From a bacterium (GTDB lineage: Bacteria > Electryoneota > Electryoneia > Electryoneales > Electryoneaceae), in assembly GCA_963675295.2 (NCBI GenBank), contig CAXXKJ010000001.1, positions 32,043 through 96,042 of the forward strand: a DNA stretch of 64,000 nt, written 5' to 3'. Below the pieces are notes generated by a model. That model did not search any database and was not told where the DNA came from. It saw only the letters and a list, made by a program, of their open reading frames with translations. The translations under genes were made by a program, and so were the position numbers. This document shows, one piece after another, positions 61,059 to 64,000 of this stretch (the stretch's first letter is position 1; each line of letters begins with the position of its first letter).

Positions 61059-61100
61059 AACGTCTCCGTCGAACCCTGGATCGTTCCCGTGTGGAAACAA

Positions 61101-61295
61101 GTGCCCGTGTCAGCTTGCTGACGCGGATAGGCATCAACGTGCCCGTGTTAAAAAACTTGCAAACGCGGATGATCCCTGCTGGCGAAGCCATCAGGGGCAC
61201 ATCAAAGGCAAGTGCCCGTGTCAGCTCGCTGACGCGGACCAACCGGATCTCGAATAGTCGTGAGTCAAGTGCCCGTGTTTGCTTGCAAACGCGGA
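61101..61295 (+). repeat. four REP-B hairpins arranged as two pairs
   Basis: R1 is at 61101..61127, R2 at 61139..61169, R3 at 61212..61238 and R4 at 61269..61295. The flanks GTGCCCGTGT and ACGCGGA are conserved while the inner stems vary: CAGC/GCTG (R1, R3), TTGC/GCAA (R4), and a partly disrupted left arm in R2. Confidence 0.85.
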
Positions 61296-62323
61296 TGATC
61301 CGAAACGCGCTCTTTCTGATTGCATTGACCATGCTGACGTTCGTTGCCGGGCTACCGGTCAGAGCCGAAACCCGGTCCAAGGTCGGAACCTCTGCCGCGG
61401 TTTTCCTGCGCATCCCGGCAGGCGCACGCGGCAGCGCGCTCGGCAGCGCATACACCTCGATGGCGACAGACGCCTCGGTGATGTTCTGGAATCCCGGCGG
61501 AATTGCCCGTTTGCCCGGCTACCAACTGACGTTCGACCACACCGACTGGCTGCCCGGTATCGACTACAGCTACATGGGCGCGTTCATGCCGGTCACGCCG
61601 GACATTTCGATGGGGGTGACCGCCGCATACCTGTCCACCGAAGCGATGGACATCACCACCCCGGCCTACCCGATGGGCACCGGCGAAACCTATGACGCCG
61701 GCAGCCTCGCCGTCGGCGGGTCCATCGGCGCACGCCTGACCGACCGCTTCAGCATCGGCGGCACCGTCAAGTTCATCCAGGAACGCATCTACAATTCCAC
61801 CGCGAACGGGGTCGCGTTTGACGTCGGCACGTTGTTCGACACCCCGTTCCACGGCATCCGTTTCGGTGTCGCAATCTCGAATGTCGGCACCCGGCTGCGG
61901 ATGAACGGCGAAGATCTGAACACCCGCGCCGATGTCGCCCCTGACCAGTCGGGCAACAACGAAACCGTCGTCAGTCAGCTCAAAACCGATAGCTTCGATC
62001 CGCCGATGGTCCTGAGGCTGGGTCTGTCCGGGGAAGCGTGGGAGAGCGATCAGGTACGGGTGACATGGCTGCTGGACGGCGTCAATCCCAACGACAACGC
62101 GCCGAGCATGAACCTCGGTCTCGAAGTCGGCGTGATCAACGACGCGCTCAACCTGCGCGCCGGATACAACGACCTGTTCCTCGACGAATCGATCCGGGGC
62201 TGGACCTTCGGCGCCGGGGTGAACTACGCCACCGGCGGACGCGTCTTCCGGTTCGACTACGCGTACCAGGTGTTCGAGTATCTCGGCGGCGTGAATCGCT
62301 TTACGCTCAGTTTCCAGTTGTAG
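61295..62323 (+). CDS. PorV/PorQ-family-like outer-membrane beta-barrel
   Basis: ATG 61295 gives the signal peptide MIRNALFLIALTMLTFVAGLPVRA. It is followed by GTSAAVFLRIPAGARGSALGSAYTSMATDASVMFWNPGG, which matches my memory of the PorV N-terminal signature. The rest has a beta-strand-rich alternating pattern. Confidence 0.65.
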   Translation: MIRNALFLIALTMLTFVAGLPVRAETRSKVGTSAAVFLRIPAGARGSALGSAYTSMATDASVMFWNPGGIARLPGYQLTFDHTDWLPGIDYSYMGAFMPVTPDISMGVTAAYLSTEAMDITTPAYPMGTGETYDAGSLAVGGSIGARLTDRFSIGGTVKFIQERIYNSTANGVAFDVGTLFDTPFHGIRFGVAISNVGTRLRMNGEDLNTRADVAPDQSGNNETVVSQLKTDSFDPPMVLRLGLSGEAWESDQVRVTWLLDGVNPNDNAPSMNLGLEVGVINDALNLRAGYNDLFLDESIRGWTFGAGVNYATGGRVFRFDYAYQVFEYLGGVNRFTLSFQL

Positions 62324-62457
62324 GAGAGTGGTGCCGGATTGTGAGATTCAGATCTCGCATCACATGAACTCGACAAGCTGAACACAACCTATAGAACCGG
62401 GATCATGGCGTTCACCGCCGGTCCCCGGAACGACACATTTGCATGGGGAGAAGACTC

Positions 62458-64000
62458 ATGACATCGCTTCGGTCCACCGCCCTGGTCGCCCTCGCACTGC
62501 TCGTGCTGCTGACGATGTCCGCGTACGCGCAGGTCAATGTGACCGTCCGTTTCAACGCGGCAACCGTGCTCGACACACTCGACACGCATCATTTCGTGCA
62601 GATTCGCGGGGAAGTCACCAGCGGCAATAACACTCTGCCCGATGGCAACACGATCACCTGGGACAACGCGTCCGACCTGATCATGGACAACGTCGGCGGC
62701 GACTACTGGGAAATCACCTTCCAGATGGAAGAGGACGACACGCTGCTGTACAAGTTCTGGACCGGGTTCGATGAAAACACGGGCACGTCCGTCGTCTGGG
62801 ATGGCTGGGAAGGTCCGCTGAGCAACAGCTTCGGCGTCGCCACGGACAACCGTGTTTTCATCAGCGGCAGCGAAGACACCGTGCTCGACATCCAGTACTA
62901 CAACAGCTCCGAAAGCACGAAAGAACAGTACTGGCGTCCCTATGTCGAGGAACCGGATTCGACCGCGTTCTACTTCCGGGTCAACATGGCCGGCTATGAA
63001 GAGATCGCCGAGTTTGATCCGGACACCGAAGGCCCGGTCACGGCCTACGGCAGCACACCCCTCGCACCGAACGACAACTGGGACCTGCCGTTTGTCACGC
63101 TCACCCGTGAATCGACCACCGGCGTCGCCGCCTCCTTCTGGTCCGGCGTGGTCCAGGTCGCGAATGACGATCTCACCGCCGGTGAAACGCAAAATTACAA
63201 GTTTGTCTTCTACGACGAGAACACGAACGAAGTCTGGGAAAACAACATCAGCAACCGTTGGTTCGACATTTCCGACATGATCGCGGACGGCGAGGCGGAC
63301 ACCACGCTGCACTGGGTGTGGTTCGATGATCGCGCGCCGACCGGCCAGGAGTTGATCGAGACAACGGTCACATGGCTCGTCGATCCGGGCGCGTTAGAAG
63401 AACTCGGCTTCTTCGACCAGACCGTCGGCGACCAGTTGCTGATCTCCGGCCCGAACGGCTGGACCATCCCGGACCAGGCGATCGAAGTGATTTACCAGCC
63501 GCTGCTCGGCTACTGGATCGCGTCCGAGGACTTCACCCGTCAACCGGGTGACGTGCTGCAATACAAGTACGTCGTGCTGTACGATTCGTCCCGCGTGGAC
63601 ACGCTCAGCCCGAACTACTTCCCCGGCCTGCCCGGCGTGGAACTGTGGGAAGAACCGAGCTCAACCGGCGGCGCGAACCGGCTCTACACCATCCTCGACC
63701 AGGATGAACAGACCGTTCCCGGCGACTACAACTACGATTACCAGTTCTACAGCGGCATTCCGCCGGAGGGCGTGATCGATGTGGACGAAGACATTCACTT
63801 CAGCATCGACATGGAGCCGGCCACCGATCCAGACGTCAACACCACCAACCCGTTGTTCCGGCCTGGTGTTGACACCGCGTACCTCTACTTCGAAAGCCCG
63901 GTGCTGATGCTGTCGCAGGGGTTGCCGGCGTACGAACACACCGTTGATCTCGAAGACCTGGATGGCGACGGCGTTTACACCACGACGATGGAGTTCGGGG
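62458..64000 (+). CDS. secreted protein with repeated CBM20-like beta-sandwich modules (3' end beyond window)
   Basis: ATG 62458 follows GGGGAGAAG. Signal peptide MTSLRSTALVALALLVLLTMSAYAQ. I checked by hand that the frame is open to position 64000. The recurring pattern (V.F.V...G.....W......M......W......LLYKF / QYKYVV) resembles starch-binding-type modules. It is absent from the ORF track because it has no stop in the window. Confidence 0.7.
   Translation, partial: MTSLRSTALVALALLVLLTMSAYAQVNVTVRFNAATVLDTLDTHHFVQIRGEVTSGNNTLPDGNTITWDNASDLIMDNVGGDYWEITFQMEEDDTLLYKFWTGFDENTGTSVVWDGWEGPLSNSFGVATDNRVFISGSEDTVLDIQYYNSSESTKEQYWRPYVEEPDSTAFYFRVNMAGYEEIAEFDPDTEGPVTAYGSTPLAPNDNWDLPFVTLTRESTTGVAASFWSGVVQVANDDLTAGETQNYKFVFYDENTNEVWENNISNRWFDISDMIADGEADTTLHWVWFDDRAPTGQELIETTVTWLVDPGALEELGFFDQTVGDQLLISGPNGWTIPDQAIEVIYQPLLGYWIASEDFTRQPGDVLQYKYVVLYDSSRVDTLSPNYFPGLPGVELWEEPSSTGGANRLYTILDQDEQTVPGDYNYDYQFYSGIPPEGVIDVDEDIHFSIDMEPATDPDVNTTNPLFRPGVDTAYLYFESPVLMLSQGLPAYEHTVDLEDLDGDGVYTTTMEFG

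Noticed and set aside
61055-61294. N-terminal 80-codon extension of the PorV-like ORF (MKRLRRTLDRSRVETSARVSLLTR...)
   Set aside because: The extension is a translation of the REP-B hairpins, which gives the repeated peptides SARVSLLTR, SARVSSLTR and SARVCLQTRM. It would place 80 residues in front of an otherwise perfect signal peptide. The start was moved to ATG 61295.
61101-61295. Possible mini-CRISPR array (four ~27-31-nt repeats)
   Set aside because: Repeat-to-repeat spacing is irregular (38, 73 and 57 nt). The repeats differ internally in a stem-preserving way. Copies occur singly or in opposite orientation elsewhere (21.3 kb and 24.1 kb). No cas genes are in the window.
62774-62786. 13-nt match to the REP-B 5' flank (reverse complement GTGCCCGTGTTTT) inside the last gene
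   Set aside because: There is no matching 3' arm (ACGCGG) and no hairpin potential. It may be a chance match or a fully decayed copy, and I cannot support it as a repeat unit.
62389-63312. 307-aa minus-strand ORF, the only tracked ORF covering 62.4-63.3 kb
   Set aside because: The plus strand carries an open frame from ATG 62458 to the window end, with an SD and a signal peptide. It is missing from the track only because it has no stop in the window. The minus ORF is its shadow.

Overview
The window is visibly GC-rich with strong third-position GC bias, so long antisense shadow ORFs are common. It appears to come from an FCB-superphylum-type bacterium: it has type IX secretion (T9SS) sorting domains, a PorV-like gene and a Bacteroidetes-style fused ccoNO operon. 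All family calls are made by eye from motifs; no searches were run.

Layout:
1. 1-19.5 kb: a co-directional array of ten secreted proteins. Eight share a conserved ~105-aa module, and seven of those end in near-identical T9SS C-terminal sorting domains (CTDs). The N-terminal 'heads' are unrelated: beta-propeller, FG-GAP, esterase, unknown.
2. 19.7-21.9 kb: an FeS-type (6-4) photolyase/cryptochrome and an Rrf2 regulator.
3. 22.3-30.9 kb: a complete cbb3 oxidase locus, ccoI-ccoS-ccoNO(fused)-ccoQ-like-ccoP-ccoG-fixH-TauE-like.
4. 31.0-37.5 kb, minus strand: hypA, hypB, hypF, hypC, hypD, hypE plus a trailing atypical Rieske-like gene.
5. 37.8-40.6 kb: nikR plus an ECF-type Ni transporter (NikM, a PDGLE protein, NikQ, NikO).
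6. 40.8-44.2 kb: an M32 carboxypeptidase, then an intact IS1182-family element with a 32-bp target duplication.
7. 44.4-51.3 kb, minus strand: a group-1 [NiFe] hydrogenase operon in permuted order (large subunit, protease, small subunit, HybA, HybB) ending in a TPR-thioredoxin-fold gene.
8. 51.7-52.7 kb: a Rieske lipoprotein and an orphan PD-(D/E)XK-like gene.
9. 53.0-64.0 kb: a SurA-like PPIase lipoprotein, a TonB-dependent-receptor-like barrel, a 1171-aa Ca-binding protein with a divergent CTD, a PorV-like barrel, and a CBM-like secreted protein that runs off the window.

Intergenic DNA carries three families of short palindromic repeats. REP-A is a GGGGAYAC hairpin, often preceded by a 7-nt-periodic tract. 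REP-B is a GTGCCCGTGT...ACGCGG hairpin with compensatory stem changes, and one copy sits in frame inside ccoI. The third is a ~90-120-nt MITE-like element.

The best candidates for something undescribed are the modular T9SS cargo array, the barrel/giant-cargo/PorV-like cluster, and the repeat families.
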